NCBI RefSeq assembly: GCF_000023965.1 | Contig: NC_013202.1 | Span: 1,980,001 to 2,012,000, forward strand | From: Halomicrobium mukohataei DSM 12286 | GTDB lineage: Archaea; Halobacteriota; Halobacteria; Halobacteriales; Haloarculaceae | DNA: 32,000 nucleotides | Direction: 5' to 3' | Shown: positions 16,486 to 25,259 of the stretch, piece after piece | How the letters are laid out: each line of letters starts with the position of its first letter | Position numbering within the stretch: position 1 is the stretch's first letter | Program-made: the position numbers and the translations under genes | Notes under the pieces: model-generated | What the model was told of the DNA's origin: nothing | The model's database searches: none | Seen by the model: only the letters and a program-made list of their open reading frames with translations

Positions 16486-17277
16486 TCACGGCGATGGTGT
16501 GGGTTCGATATCGCGGAGAAACGTTGCGACGGCGTCGTTGAATCGTACGGGTCGTTCGACCATCGCGAGGTGTGCCGCGTCGGGAACCGTCTCGCACCTT
16601 CCTCGCGGAATCTCCTCCGCGAGGGTCTCGTGGTAGGACGGCGGCGTGAGTCGATCGTGTTCGCCACACAGCGCCAGCGTCGGCACGTCCACGGTGTCGA
16701 GTCGGTCTCGCACGTCGAATCGATGGCAGGTCTCGAAGTCTCGCCGTGTCACCGACTGTCCGACGGCACGCATCGTCTCGATGGAGTGCTCGCGCGCACG
16801 CTCTGGCGGGTCGTGGAAAAGCATGTCCTCGCCGTGCAGGAACGAGACGGCGGCCTCGAAGTCGGCCGCCAGATCGTCTCGGAGCGTCTGGACGACTGGG
16901 AGCTTCGCGCCGCTGCCGGCGAGGACGAGCCCGTCGAGCGGGACGGCGCGCCGCAGGACCGTCGCCAGTGCGACCGCACCGCCGAGCGAGTTGCCGACCA
17001 GGACCGTCGCGTCCGTCGCTTCGGCGACGGCCACCACGTCGTCGACGTAGCTCGTCAGCGTCGCTTCACCCGGTGCGGTGTCGATGTCCTCGCTCGCACC
17101 GTGACCGCTCAGATCGAGCGCTGCGGCCGACGACGCCGGACCACTCGGCGCGTACTGCTGGCTCCAGAGCGCGTGGGTGCTGGCGCTGCCGTGGACGTAC
17201 AGTACTGTGGCGCTCTCGCCCTCGCCGGTGACGGACCGGTACGCCGTCGTCCGTCCGTGGTGTTCGACCGTCTCCAT
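16486..17277 (-). CDS. alpha/beta-fold hydrolase
   Basis: Trimmed to ATG 17277 (METVEHHGRTTAYRS...). HGS oxyanion region (YVHGSAS), nucleophile elbow GNSLGG, and late Asp/His (GEHD...AAHL). Confidence 0.85.
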   Translation of the reverse strand: METVEHHGRTTAYRSVTGEGESATVLYVHGSASTHALWSQQYAPSGPASSAAALDLSGHGASEDIDTAPGEATLTSYVDDVVAVAEATDATVLVGNSLGGAVALATVLRRAVPLDGLVLAGSGAKLPVVQTLRDDLAADFEAAVSFLHGEDMLFHDPPERAREHSIETMRAVGQSVTRRDFETCHRFDVRDRLDTVDVPTLALCGEHDRLTPPSYHETLAEEIPRGRCETVPDAAHLAMVERPVRFNDAVATFLRDIEPTPSP

Positions 17278-17386
17278 ACCACCGCTTTCGTGGGGGTCTC
17301 GTATAGTGGTGGGGCCGGCGTCGGTGTGAACCGCAATCAGTGGGTTCTTCGTCTGGTCGAACGCCTTGTTGCGGTTTTCGACGAAA

Positions 17387-17397
17387 GGTTTATATAG
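17387..17397 (+). promoter_or_regulatory. strong candidate TATA box (GGTTTATATAG)
   Basis: TTTATATA is centred about 30 nt upstream of ATG 17422, in an otherwise GC-rich context. Confidence 0.5.
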
Positions 17398-17421
17398 TTG
17401 TCTCACTAACTCGTAGTTAGC

Positions 17422-17661
17422 ATGACTGACCAACAGCAGCTTGTCGGCGATGCCCCGCTACGACGCTACGAGTACGACGACGCCGTCGTGCTGGCGGCGG
17501 ATATCGGCGTCACCGACGACGCGACGGTCGATGTCGTCGACGACACGGCGATCGTCGTCGTCGGTGACGAGCAGTACGACTTCGATCTCCCGGCGGGTGA
17601 CGCACGAGCGTTTATCCGCAATGGGGTTCTCACTGTCGAGATGAGCGAGGTGTCCCACTGA
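17422..17661 (+). CDS. small acidic beta-rich protein (79 aa), translationally coupled to cdc48
   Basis: [30 protein letters not shown]...[13 protein letters not shown]. Its TGA stop overlaps the cdc48 ATG (ATGA at 17658-17661). It vaguely resembles Hsp20/alpha-crystallin (...GVLTVE), but that is not a firm call. Confidence 0.6.
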   Translation: MTDQQQLVGDAPLRRYEYDDAVVLAADIGVTDDATVDVVDDTAIVVVGDEQYDFDLPAGDARAFIRNGVLTVEMSEVSH

Positions 17662-19934
17662 TGAAACTTACGGTAAAACCCCTCAAGCAGAAAGACGCCG
17701 GACGCGGTCTCGCGGCCGTCGACCGTGCAGCGATGGACGAGATGGACCTGGAGAACGGCGACTACATTGTCATTGACGGCGACGGCGGTCGCGCGGTCGC
17801 CCGTGTCTGGCCCGGATACCCTGAAGACAGCGGCAAGAACGTCGTCCGGATCGACGGCCAGCTCCGACAGGAAGCCGGCGTCGGCATCGACGACCAGATC
17901 GAGGTCGAGAAGGCAGACGTACAGGTCGCAAAGCAGGTCACCGTCGCCCTGCCCCAGAACCTCCGGGTGCGGGGCAACGTCGGTCCGATGATCCGCAACA
18001 ACCTCAGCGGCCAGGCGGTCACGCAGGGCCAGACGGTGCCAGTGAGCTTCGGGCTCGGTCCGCTTTCGAGCATGAGCGGCCAGAAGATCCCGCTGCGGAT
18101 CGCCGAGACTGAACCCTCTGGGACGGTCGTGGTGACCGACCAGACCGACATCGAAGTCAGCGAGAAGCCGGCCGAACAGATCGCGGGCGACGCCCCGACC
18201 GAGGGCGGCGGCGAAGCCACGCCGGACGTGGCCTACGAGGACATCGGCGGCCTCGACAGCGAACTCGAACAGGTCCGCGAGATGATCGAGCTGCCGATGC
18301 GCCACCCCGAACTGTTCCAGCAGCTCGGCATCGAGCCGCCGAAAGGCGTCCTCCTGCACGGGCCGCCGGGCACCGGGAAGACGCTGATGGCCAAGGCCGT
18401 CGCCAACGAGATCGACGCCCACTTCACGACCATCAGCGGCCCGGAGATCATGTCGAAGTACTACGGAGAGAGCGAAGAGCAGCTCCGCGAGGTCTTCGAG
18501 GAGGCCGAGGAGAACGCCCCGGCCATCGTCTTCATCGACGAGATCGACTCGATCGCGCCAAAGCGCGGCGAGACCCAGGGCGACGTGGAACGCCGTGTCG
18601 TCGCACAGCTCCTCTCGCTGATGGACGGGCTCGACGAACGCGGTGACGTGATCGTCATCGGCGCGACCAACCGCGTGGACGCGATCGACCCCGCACTGCG
18701 CCGCGGCGGCCGCTTCGACCGCGAGATCGAGATCGGCGTGCCGGACAAGGAGGGTCGAAAGGAGATCCTGCAGGTCCACACCCGCGGGATGCCCCTCTCC
18801 GAGGACATCGACCTCGAATCCTACGCCGAGAACACGCACGGCTTCGTCGGTGCGGACCTCGCACAGCTGACCAAGGAGGGCGCGATGAACGCCCTGCGGC
18901 GCATCCGCCCGGACATCGACCTCGAATCCGACGAGATCGACGCCGAGGTGCTCGAATCGCTGGAGGTCTCCAAGCAGGACTTCAAAGAGGCGCTGAAGGG
19001 GATCGAGCCCAGCGCGCTCCGCGAGGTCTTCGTCGAAGTCCCGGACACCTCCTGGGACTCGGTCGGCGGCCTCGAAGACACCAAAGAGCGCCTGCGCGAG
19101 ACGATCCAGTGGCCACTGGAGTACCCCAGCGTGTTCGAGCAGATGGACCTGCAGGCCGCCAAGGGCGTCCTGCTCTACGGCCCGCCGGGCACCGGGAAGA
19201 CGCTGCTGGCCAAAGCCGTCGCCAACGAGGCCCAGTCGAACTTCATCTCGATCAAGGGCCCCGAACTGCTGAACAAGTTCGTCGGCGAGTCCGAGAAGGG
19301 CGTGCGCGAAGTGTTCAGCAAGGCCCGAGAGAACGCCCCGACCGTCGTCTTCTTCGACGAGATCGACTCGATCGCGGCCGAACGCGGCTCGGGCGGCGGC
19401 GACTCGCAGGTCGGCGAACGCGTCGTCTCCCAGCTCCTGACCGAACTGGACGGGCTCGAAGCGATGGAGGACGTGGTCGTGATCGCCACGACCAACCGAC
19501 CGGACCTCATCGACTCGGCGCTGATCCGGCCCGGACGACTGGACCGCCACGTCCACGTCCCGGTCCCCGACGAGGACGCTCGCCGGGCGATCTTCCAGGT
19601 CCACACCCGCGGCAAGCCACTCGCCGACGGCGTCGACCTCGATCAGCTCGCACGGAGGACCGAGGGATACGTCGGTGCCGACATCGAAGCAGTCGCCCGC
19701 GAGGCCTCGATGGCCGCGACCCGGGAGTTCATCAACAGCGTCGACCCCGACGACATCGACGACTCCGTCAGCAACGTCCGCATCACGATGGACCACTTCG
19801 AGCAGGCGCTCGACGAAGTCGGGCCGAGCGTCGACGAGGACGTGCGGGAACGCTACGACGAGATCGAAGAACGGTTCGATCACGCCGAGGCGGAACTGGA
19901 CGACGGCGAGACGGCCTCGCGAACCTTCCAGTAG
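17661..19934 (+). CDS. cdc48: CDC48/VCP-type AAA+ ATPase (two AAA domains plus N-terminal double-psi barrel domain)
   Basis: N-domain [21 protein letters not shown].... Two Walker A motifs (GPPGTGKT), two Walker B motifs (IVFIDEID / VVFFDEID), and second-region-of-homology arginines. Confidence 0.95.
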   Translation: MKLTVKPLKQKDAGRGLAAVDRAAMDEMDLENGDYIVIDGDGGRAVARVWPGYPEDSGKNVVRIDGQLRQEAGVGIDDQIEVEKADVQVAKQVTVALPQNLRVRGNVGPMIRNNLSGQAVTQGQTVPVSFGLGPLSSMSGQKIPLRIAETEPSGTVVVTDQTDIEVSEKPAEQIAGDAPTEGGGEATPDVAYEDIGGLDSELEQVREMIELPMRHPELFQQLGIEPPKGVLLHGPPGTGKTLMAKAVANEIDAHFTTISGPEIMSKYYGESEEQLREVFEEAEENAPAIVFIDEIDSIAPKRGETQGDVERRVVAQLLSLMDGLDERGDVIVIGATNRVDAIDPALRRGGRFDREIEIGVPDKEGRKEILQVHTRGMPLSEDIDLESYAENTHGFVGADLAQLTKEGAMNALRRIRPDIDLESDEIDAEVLESLEVSKQDFKEALKGIEPSALREVFVEVPDTSWDSVGGLEDTKERLRETIQWPLEYPSVFEQMDLQAAKGVLLYGPPGTGKTLLAKAVANEAQSNFISIKGPELLNKFVGESEKGVREVFSKARENAPTVVFFDEIDSIAAERGSGGGDSQVGERVVSQLLTELDGLEAMEDVVVIATTNRPDLIDSALIRPGRLDRHVHVPVPDEDARRAIFQVHTRGKPLADGVDLDQLARRTEGYVGADIEAVAREASMAATREFINSVDPDDIDDSVSNVRITMDHFEQALDEVGPSVDEDVRERYDEIEERFDHAEAELDDGETASRTFQ

Positions 19935-20178
19935 TACCGTTTTAGTCCTCGGATGTCCTCGGCCGCCAAAGGCGGCCTGTGGGCACCGCTCGTCGTGAAA
20001 ATCTACGCTAAAAACGGTCCGCACGTCGCGCCGCCGGCACGCTTGCGGTGAACTGCGGCCGAAAGCCGCGGATGTTCTTCGGTCAGTATCGCACGACCTC
20101 TTTTCACCTCGAGTTCGCGACGCGAACCGCTCGGCGAACAGCCAGTCTCGCGAACGTTCCAGTCGTCCGCGATCCGGT

Positions 20179-20919
20179 TTACTGAATTTTCGGCTCGGAC
20201 GCGGCCTCCGTCCGGAGCTGGACGAACGCGTCGGCCAGGATCCCGTAGTTGACGATCGTGATGATGGAAATGATCGAGAGGACCACGATCTGTCCGATAG
20301 CCGGGCCAGCTATCGTGACGAGGGAACTCAGACCGCCGACCGCGCCCGCGACGATCCCGACGATCAAGACGAGTCCGAACAGCCGCCAGCGGTTGCCCGT
20401 CGCCAGGTCCCAGCTCCGTCGGAGTGCGTCGACCGGTCCCTGATCTTCCACGCCGATCGCGAAGAAGACGAAGGTGAAGCTCACCGACAGGAAGAGACCG
20501 GGGATCACGAGCGCGATCAGACCCAGCGTGACGGCGATCGAGACGAGGACGTTGGCGACGATGGCCGCCAGCAGTGCCCGTCCGACGCGGTGGGTGAACA
20601 GCTCGCTCGGGAGCGACGACAGCTCGCTGGAATCCCGGACCAGGAGCCGCGTCGCGACGAGGAGGATGTACGTCCCGAACAGGATCGAGACCACTGCCAG
20701 CAACCCGGAGACGCTCGTCGAGATCGGCAGCGTCAGCCCGATCTGTCCCTGTTGGGCCGTGTCCGGCAACATCCCGGCGACGGCAGTGTTGATCGAACCG
20801 ACGAACACCAGTTGATACGCGATGGTCAGTACCATGAGGACGATACCACTCGTCGACAGCGCACGTCGGCTCCCGCGGCCGAGTGCAGTTCCTATCTGGA
20901 GGGTCACGACCGGATTCAC
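20179..20919 (-). CDS. polytopic integral membrane protein (about 6 TM; DUF975-like architecture)
   Basis: 246 aa, highly hydrophobic, with a GTG start at 20919 and an alternative ATG at 20835. No catalytic motif seen. Confidence 0.65.
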   Translation of the reverse strand: MNPVVTLQIGTALGRGSRRALSTSGIVLMVLTIAYQLVFVGSINTAVAGMLPDTAQQGQIGLTLPISTSVSGLLAVVSILFGTYILLVATRLLVRDSSELSSLPSELFTHRVGRALLAAIVANVLVSIAVTLGLIALVIPGLFLSVSFTFVFFAIGVEDQGPVDALRRSWDLATGNRWRLFGLVLIVGIVAGAVGGLSSLVTIAGPAIGQIVVLSIISIITIVNYGILADAFVQLRTEAASEPKIQ

Positions 20920-21059
20920 TCCCGGACGGGACTTAAACGGTGAGCGTGATTTACAGGGCCAGAAAGTCTGTGCTTTTGTCTATTAAAGGAGAGAAGAATT
21001 TGCTATACATCCACCATTTCGCGTAGCTATCGGGATAGATACCTGTATAAGGTATATCG

Positions 21060-21389
21060 ATGCACGAGACCACAATTAGGGAAACGGTTTTTAGCGACCG
21101 TGCCACGAGTCCCAGTAACATGGTACAGTGTGACAGCTGCGACGGCGAAGTCCGCGAAGTGTGGCGACACCGCAAACACGCCGAATCGATGACCCACCGG
21201 CGTATCGAGTGGGTCTGTCCCGACTGCCACCCCGAGCTGCCCGCGACGGTCGAGACGCCGACGAGGGCCGGGCGGGCCATCGCCGACGGGGGCCAGCCGA
21301 CTGCAGCGTGTCCGATCTGCTCGGCCGCGACAGTCAACGGACAGGGCCTGTGCAGTTGCACCGAGTGTGGCTGGACCGGACGGCTCTGA
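21060..21389 (+). CDS. cysteine-rich zinc-finger protein (multiple CxxC pairs)
   Basis: CDSCDG, CPDCH, CPICS, CSCTECG. Preceded by an unusually AT-rich stretch. An alternative start at 21120 (MVQCDSC...) is at least as likely. Confidence 0.5.
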   Translation: MHETTIRETVFSDRATSPSNMVQCDSCDGEVREVWRHRKHAESMTHRRIEWVCPDCHPELPATVETPTRAGRAIADGGQPTAACPICSAATVNGQGLCSCTECGWTGRL

Positions 21390-21401
21390 TACCGTCGTCC
21401 G

Positions 21402-22124
21402 TCACGATCTCCGACCCGTCTTCGCGAGGGCCGCACGGTAGCTCCCGTCCCAGCCGGGCCGGACCACGTCTTCGACGCTCCAGGGGCCCGGGACCGTCGC
21501 TTCTCGCAGTCGCTCCGGGCCGAACAGTCGAAACTGCAGAATCTCGCTCGTCTCGCCCTCGTACTCGAAGGTCATCACCCGATGGGCGAGTCCCGGCGTC
21601 GGGTCCGCTCGGTAGCCGACGAGCTCTTCGACGCCGTCGGCGGCCGGATCGTAGCTGTGGACGACGGCGGTCGCGTCCGCCGTCGTGACGTGGGCCAGAT
21701 CGGCGAGAAACTGCCGGAGTCCGTCCATCGAGCCCGCGAGACAGATCTGCGTGCCGATAGCCAGTGCCGACTGGAAGCGGTCGCGCTCGAAGCGGTCGGG
21801 CAGCGCGAACATGTCGCCACGTCTGGGGTCCTCGACGCCTCGCTCTCGCATGGTCTCGACGAGCGCGTCGCTTGGGTCGATGGCGACTGTCTCGAACCGC
21901 TCCTGGAAGTACAGCGCGTGTCGGCCGGTGCCCGCGCCGAGATCGAGCAGGGGGCCGTCGAGCCAGGATTCGAGCCACTCGCCGTGGCCCTCGCCGTCGA
22001 ACGGCTCGAAGTAGAACGCCTCGATGGGGTGGTGTTCGGTGTCGTCGCCGTCTCTCACGAGCAGGGGAGCCGTCCGCTCTCCTCGGTGGTGGTCGCGGAT
22101 CGCGCGGCCGAACGCGTCGGACAT
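21402..22124 (-). CDS. class I SAM-dependent methyltransferase
   Basis: Motif I LLDLGAGTGRHALYF and motif II-like AIDPSD...GDMFALP; 240 aa. Confidence 0.8.
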   Translation of the reverse strand: MSDAFGRAIRDHHRGERTAPLLVRDGDDTEHHPIEAFYFEPFDGEGHGEWLESWLDGPLLDLGAGTGRHALYFQERFETVAIDPSDALVETMRERGVEDPRRGDMFALPDRFERDRFQSALAIGTQICLAGSMDGLRQFLADLAHVTTADATAVVHSYDPAADGVEELVGYRADPTPGLAHRVMTFEYEGETSEILQFRLFGPERLREATVPGPWSVEDVVRPGWDGSYRAALAKTGRRS

Positions 22125-22200
22125 GGACGACGGTGGTCGCTCCTCAAATTTGTGTGTTATTGTGACATGGTGTCGTGGGACGTGGGGCCGATCGGCCGCG

Positions 22201-22656
22201 TCAGTCCAGGTCGGCCAGAATCTCCTCGGCGTGGCCCTCGGGGGAGACGCCCTCGTAGACGCGTTCGATCACGCCGTCGGGGTCGATCACGTACGTGTTT
22301 CGGAAGACGCCGTCGAAGGTGTTTCCGAACATGTTCTTCTCTCCGTAGGAGTCGTACCGGGCGGCGACAGCGCCGTCCTCGTCCGACAGGAGCGTGAACG
22401 GGAGGTCGTACTCCGCCGCGAAGGCCGCCAGGTCGTCGACCGGGTCGTCGCTGACTCCCAGGACAGCGACGTTTCGATCCGCGAACGCGTCCCACTCGTC
22501 GCGGAAGCCACAGGCTTCTTTCGTACAGCCTGGCGTGTCGGCTCGGGGGTAGAAGTAGAGGACGACACGCTGGCCCTCGTACTCCGAGAGCGCCACGGTC
22601 TCGCCGTCCTGCTCTGGCAGTTCGAACGTCGGGGCAGTGTCTCCGGCTTCGAGCAT
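22201..22656 (-). CDS. bcp: peroxiredoxin, Bcp (thioredoxin-dependent thiol peroxidase) type
   Basis: Trimmed to ATG 22656 (MLEAGDTAPTFELPEQDGE...). Active site YFYPRADTPGCTKEAC (CxxxxC). Confidence 0.9.
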   Translation of the reverse strand: MLEAGDTAPTFELPEQDGETVALSEYEGQRVVLYFYPRADTPGCTKEACGFRDEWDAFADRNVAVLGVSDDPVDDLAAFAAEYDLPFTLLSDEDGAVAARYDSYGEKNMFGNTFDGVFRNTYVIDPDGVIERVYEGVSPEGHAEEILADLD

Positions 22657-22738
22657 GTCGCTCTCTCCGTGGGGGCGTCCCAAAGCCGTGGCGTTCCACG
22701 AACGCAACCGCCTTGTCCGCGCGGACTAACCTCCGGCC

Positions 22739-23305
22739 ATGGAACGACTGGTCCGAGAGCGTACCGAGGTCCTGACGGCTCTCCTCACGATCGTCTCGCT
22801 CGCGCTCGTCTTCGGTGCCGTCTTGCGGGTGGGTCCCGCGACGGCGCTGCCCGCAGCGCCCGACGCCGTCCTGGCAGCGATTCCCCACGCCAACGCGGCG
22901 ATCAGCGCGACCGCGATCGGGACGATCGTCGTCGGCGTCCGTGCGGTCAAGCGTGGCGACGTTCGACGCCACAAGCGGCTGATGGCGACGACGTTCGCGC
23001 TGTTCGTCGGCTTTCTCGCCCTCTATCTGTACCGCGTCTCGCTGCTCGGCCCGACCGGTTTCCCCGAGAGCGCGCCGGCCTGGGTCGAGACGTACGTCTA
23101 CTTCCCGGTACTGGCCGTCCACATTCTGCTCGCGATCGTCTGCATCCCACTGGTGTACTACGCGCTCTTGCTGGCGTACAGCTATCCCGTCGCAGAGCTA
23201 CCGGACACGCCACACCCGCGCGTCGGTAGGGCTGCCGCCGGACTGTGGCTGATCTCCTTCGCTCTCGGCATCGTCGTCTACGTACTGCTGTACTGGCTGT
23301 TCTGA
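22739..23305 (+). CDS. DUF420-family membrane protein
   Basis: 188 aa with 4-5 TM helices and a conserved-looking HANAAISATA...RRHKRLM...YVYFPVLAVHILLA pattern. Confidence 0.7.
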   Translation: MERLVRERTEVLTALLTIVSLALVFGAVLRVGPATALPAAPDAVLAAIPHANAAISATAIGTIVVGVRAVKRGDVRRHKRLMATTFALFVGFLALYLYRVSLLGPTGFPESAPAWVETYVYFPVLAVHILLAIVCIPLVYYALLLAYSYPVAELPDTPHPRVGRAAAGLWLISFALGIVVYVLLYWLF

Positions 23306-23411
23306 TACGGACGGTTGTCGGACTGTACCGGTGAGCGTCGCCACGGGGGAGACGCTCACCGTAAGCAACTACACCTTTCCGTATGATACGGTCAACAGAA
23401 GATCGCGCGGC

Positions 23412-24854
23412 TCAGTCGTCGGCTTCCATCGTCTGGTCGCCGATGACGGGCCGGTCGACGTCGCGGTCGGTCTCCTCGCCCTCGATGTCGTAGGGGTACT
23501 CGCCGGTGACACAGCCAAGACACAGCTCGTCTTGACCCTTGTCGAGGCTCTGTGCGATGGCCTCGACCGAGAGATACGACAGCGAGTCGGCCTGGATCTT
23601 GTCGCGGATCTCTTCGATGGACCGGTCGGCCGCGATCAGCTCGTCGCGGGTCGCCATGTCGATGCCCATGTAACACGGCGAGATGATCGCCGGGGCACCG
23701 ATGCGGACGTGGACTTCCTCCGCGCCTGCGTCTTTCAGCAGCTCGATCAGCTGCGTCGAGGTCGTCCCGCGGACGATCGAGTCGTCGATGATGGTGACGG
23801 TCTTGCCCTCGATCGTCGACTTGATCGGGTTCAGCTTGAGCCGCACTGCCCGCTCGCGCTCGTCCTGAGTCGGCATGATGAACGTCCGGCCGACGTACCG
23901 GTTTTTCATCAGGCCCTCGGCGAACTCGATGTCTGCACCGCTCTCCTGGGCTGCCTCGGCGTAGCCGGAGGCGAAGGCGCGCCCGGAGTCGGGCACCGGG
24001 AGGACGACGTCGCTGTCGACGCCGGATTCGTCCCAGAGCTTCCGGCCCAGTTCGCGCCGTACCTCGTAGACCAGATTGTCGTCGATGGTCGAGTCGGGGC
24101 GCGCGAAGTAGACGTGTTCGAAGAAGCAGTGGGCCGTGTTCTCCTGTTCGACCAGCTGGTAGCTGTCGAAGCCGGTGCCGTCGTCGTGGAGCACGACCAG
24201 CTCGCCGGGCTTGACGTCTCTGATCAGCTCGCCGTCGAGCGTGTCGATGGCGGCCGACTCAGAGGTGAGGACGTAGCCGTCGTCGAGCTTGCCGATGCAC
24301 AGCGGTCGGTTGCCCTCCGGGTCACGAACGCCCATGACGGTGTCGTCGTGAGAGATCGTCAGGGCGTAGGAGCCGTGGATCCGGGACATCGTCCGCTTGA
24401 CCGCGCGGACGAGGTCGGCTTCGAGGAGATTTCGCGCCAGATCGTGGGCGATGACCTCCGTGTCTCCGTCGCTCGTGAAAGCGTGGCCGAAGTTCGCGAG
24501 CTCGTCGCGAATCTCGTCGGCGTTGACGAGGTTCCCGTTGTGGGACAGTCCCAGCGAACCCGACTTGAACGAGACCGAAAAGGGCTGTGCACAGCACGAA
24601 TCGACGCTGCCGGCCGTCGGATAGCGAACGTGCCCGATCCCGTTCGAGCCGTTCAGCGACGCCAGATCGTCGGGGTCGAACACGTCGCCGACCAGCCCCA
24701 TCTCGACGTGGCTGTGTTGCTGGAAGCCGTCGTGGGTGACGATGCCGGCCGACTCCTGGCCGCGGTGCTGGAGAGCGTAGAGAGAGTAGTAAAGCGGGCG
24801 GGCGGCGTCACGGTCTTGGAGTGCGATGCCGACGACGCCGCACTTTTCGTGCAT
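23412..24854 (-). CDS. purF: amidophosphoribosyltransferase
   Basis: N-terminal MHEK-CGVVG (Ntn Cys after a short propeptide), ...LQHRGQESAGI..., and the PRTase motif VTIIDDSIVRGTT. Confidence 0.95.
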   Translation of the reverse strand: MHEKCGVVGIALQDRDAARPLYYSLYALQHRGQESAGIVTHDGFQQHSHVEMGLVGDVFDPDDLASLNGSNGIGHVRYPTAGSVDSCCAQPFSVSFKSGSLGLSHNGNLVNADEIRDELANFGHAFTSDGDTEVIAHDLARNLLEADLVRAVKRTMSRIHGSYALTISHDDTVMGVRDPEGNRPLCIGKLDDGYVLTSESAAIDTLDGELIRDVKPGELVVLHDDGTGFDSYQLVEQENTAHCFFEHVYFARPDSTIDDNLVYEVRRELGRKLWDESGVDSDVVLPVPDSGRAFASGYAEAAQESGADIEFAEGLMKNRYVGRTFIMPTQDERERAVRLKLNPIKSTIEGKTVTIIDDSIVRGTTSTQLIELLKDAGAEEVHVRIGAPAIISPCYMGIDMATRDELIAADRSIEEIRDKIQADSLSYLSVEAIAQSLDKGQDELCLGCVTGEYPYDIEGEETDRDVDRPVIGDQTMEADD

Positions 24855-24860
24855 GTTGTG

Positions 24861-25034
24861 TTATTCGCCGGATTTGCTCTGCCACTCGTAGTCGCGGCGT
24901 TTGGCCGAGTTACCGAAGCCACACGCCGAACAGACTTTCTTCTTTGTATGATAGGACTTTTCGCCGCACCGACGACACTTCGTGTGCGTCGTGGTGTTTT
25001 TCTTACCCTGGCTCGGAGTTCCTGCACCAGTCAT
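24861..25034 (-). CDS. rpl37e: 50S ribosomal protein L37e (not in supplied ORF track)
   Basis: Hand translation gives [57 protein letters not shown] (57 aa). It has a C4 zinc ribbon, CRRCG...CSACG, and is basic in an otherwise acidic proteome. Its ATG overlaps the lsm stop (ATGA). Confidence 0.88.
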   Translation of the reverse strand: MTGAGTPSQGKKNTTTHTKCRRCGEKSYHTKKKVCSACGFGNSAKRRDYEWQSKSGE

Positions 25035-25213
25035 GGTTTGATAGAGACGACGTTGTCGCCGCGTATAATCGTTGTGTCTTCGTCTTCGATGACGAGATTC
25101 ATGTGCTGATCGTAGCCCGAGAGCTCACCTTCGTACAGCTCGCCGCCCTTGAGATGTACGGTGACTGTCTCGCCCAGTGACGCCTCGAGCACGTCGAGCG
25201 GTCGTCCACTCAT
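25031..25213 (-). CDS. Sm-like (LSm/SmAP) archaeal RNA-binding protein
   Basis: 60 aa with Sm1/Sm2 motifs ([28 protein letters not shown]...[10 protein letters not shown]). This is the conserved archaeal lsm-rpl37e gene pair. Confidence 0.9.
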   Translation of the reverse strand: MSGRPLDVLEASLGETVTVHLKGGELYEGELSGYDQHMNLVIEDEDTTIIRGDNVVSIKP

Positions 25214-25235
25214 ACCCCAACGGGCTGGCGACGAG

Positions 25236-25245
25236 TGTATAAACG
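25236..25245 (-). promoter_or_regulatory. candidate TATA box for lsm-rpl37e(-purF)
   Basis: The minus-strand sequence CGTTTATACA is centred about 27 nt upstream of the lsm ATG (25213). Confidence 0.45.
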
Positions 25246-25259
25246 TACCGCTTGCGGAC

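Noticed and set aside
17466-20024. 852-aa ORF on the minus strand
   Set aside because: Antisense to cdc48 (double Walker A/B on the plus strand). Composition is Arg/Gly/Val/Asp-rich. Shadow ORF.
21161-22397. Arg-rich ORFs overlapping the methyltransferase (21161..21688, 21334..21978, 21582..22397, 21764..22165)
   Set aside because: These are off-frame or antisense to a CDS with a clear LDLGAGTG SAM-binding motif. Composition is dominated by Arg/Pro/Gly.
23331-25109. 592-aa ORF on the plus strand
   Set aside because: Antisense to purF and rpl37e. No motifs; Val/Asp/Arg/Gly-rich.
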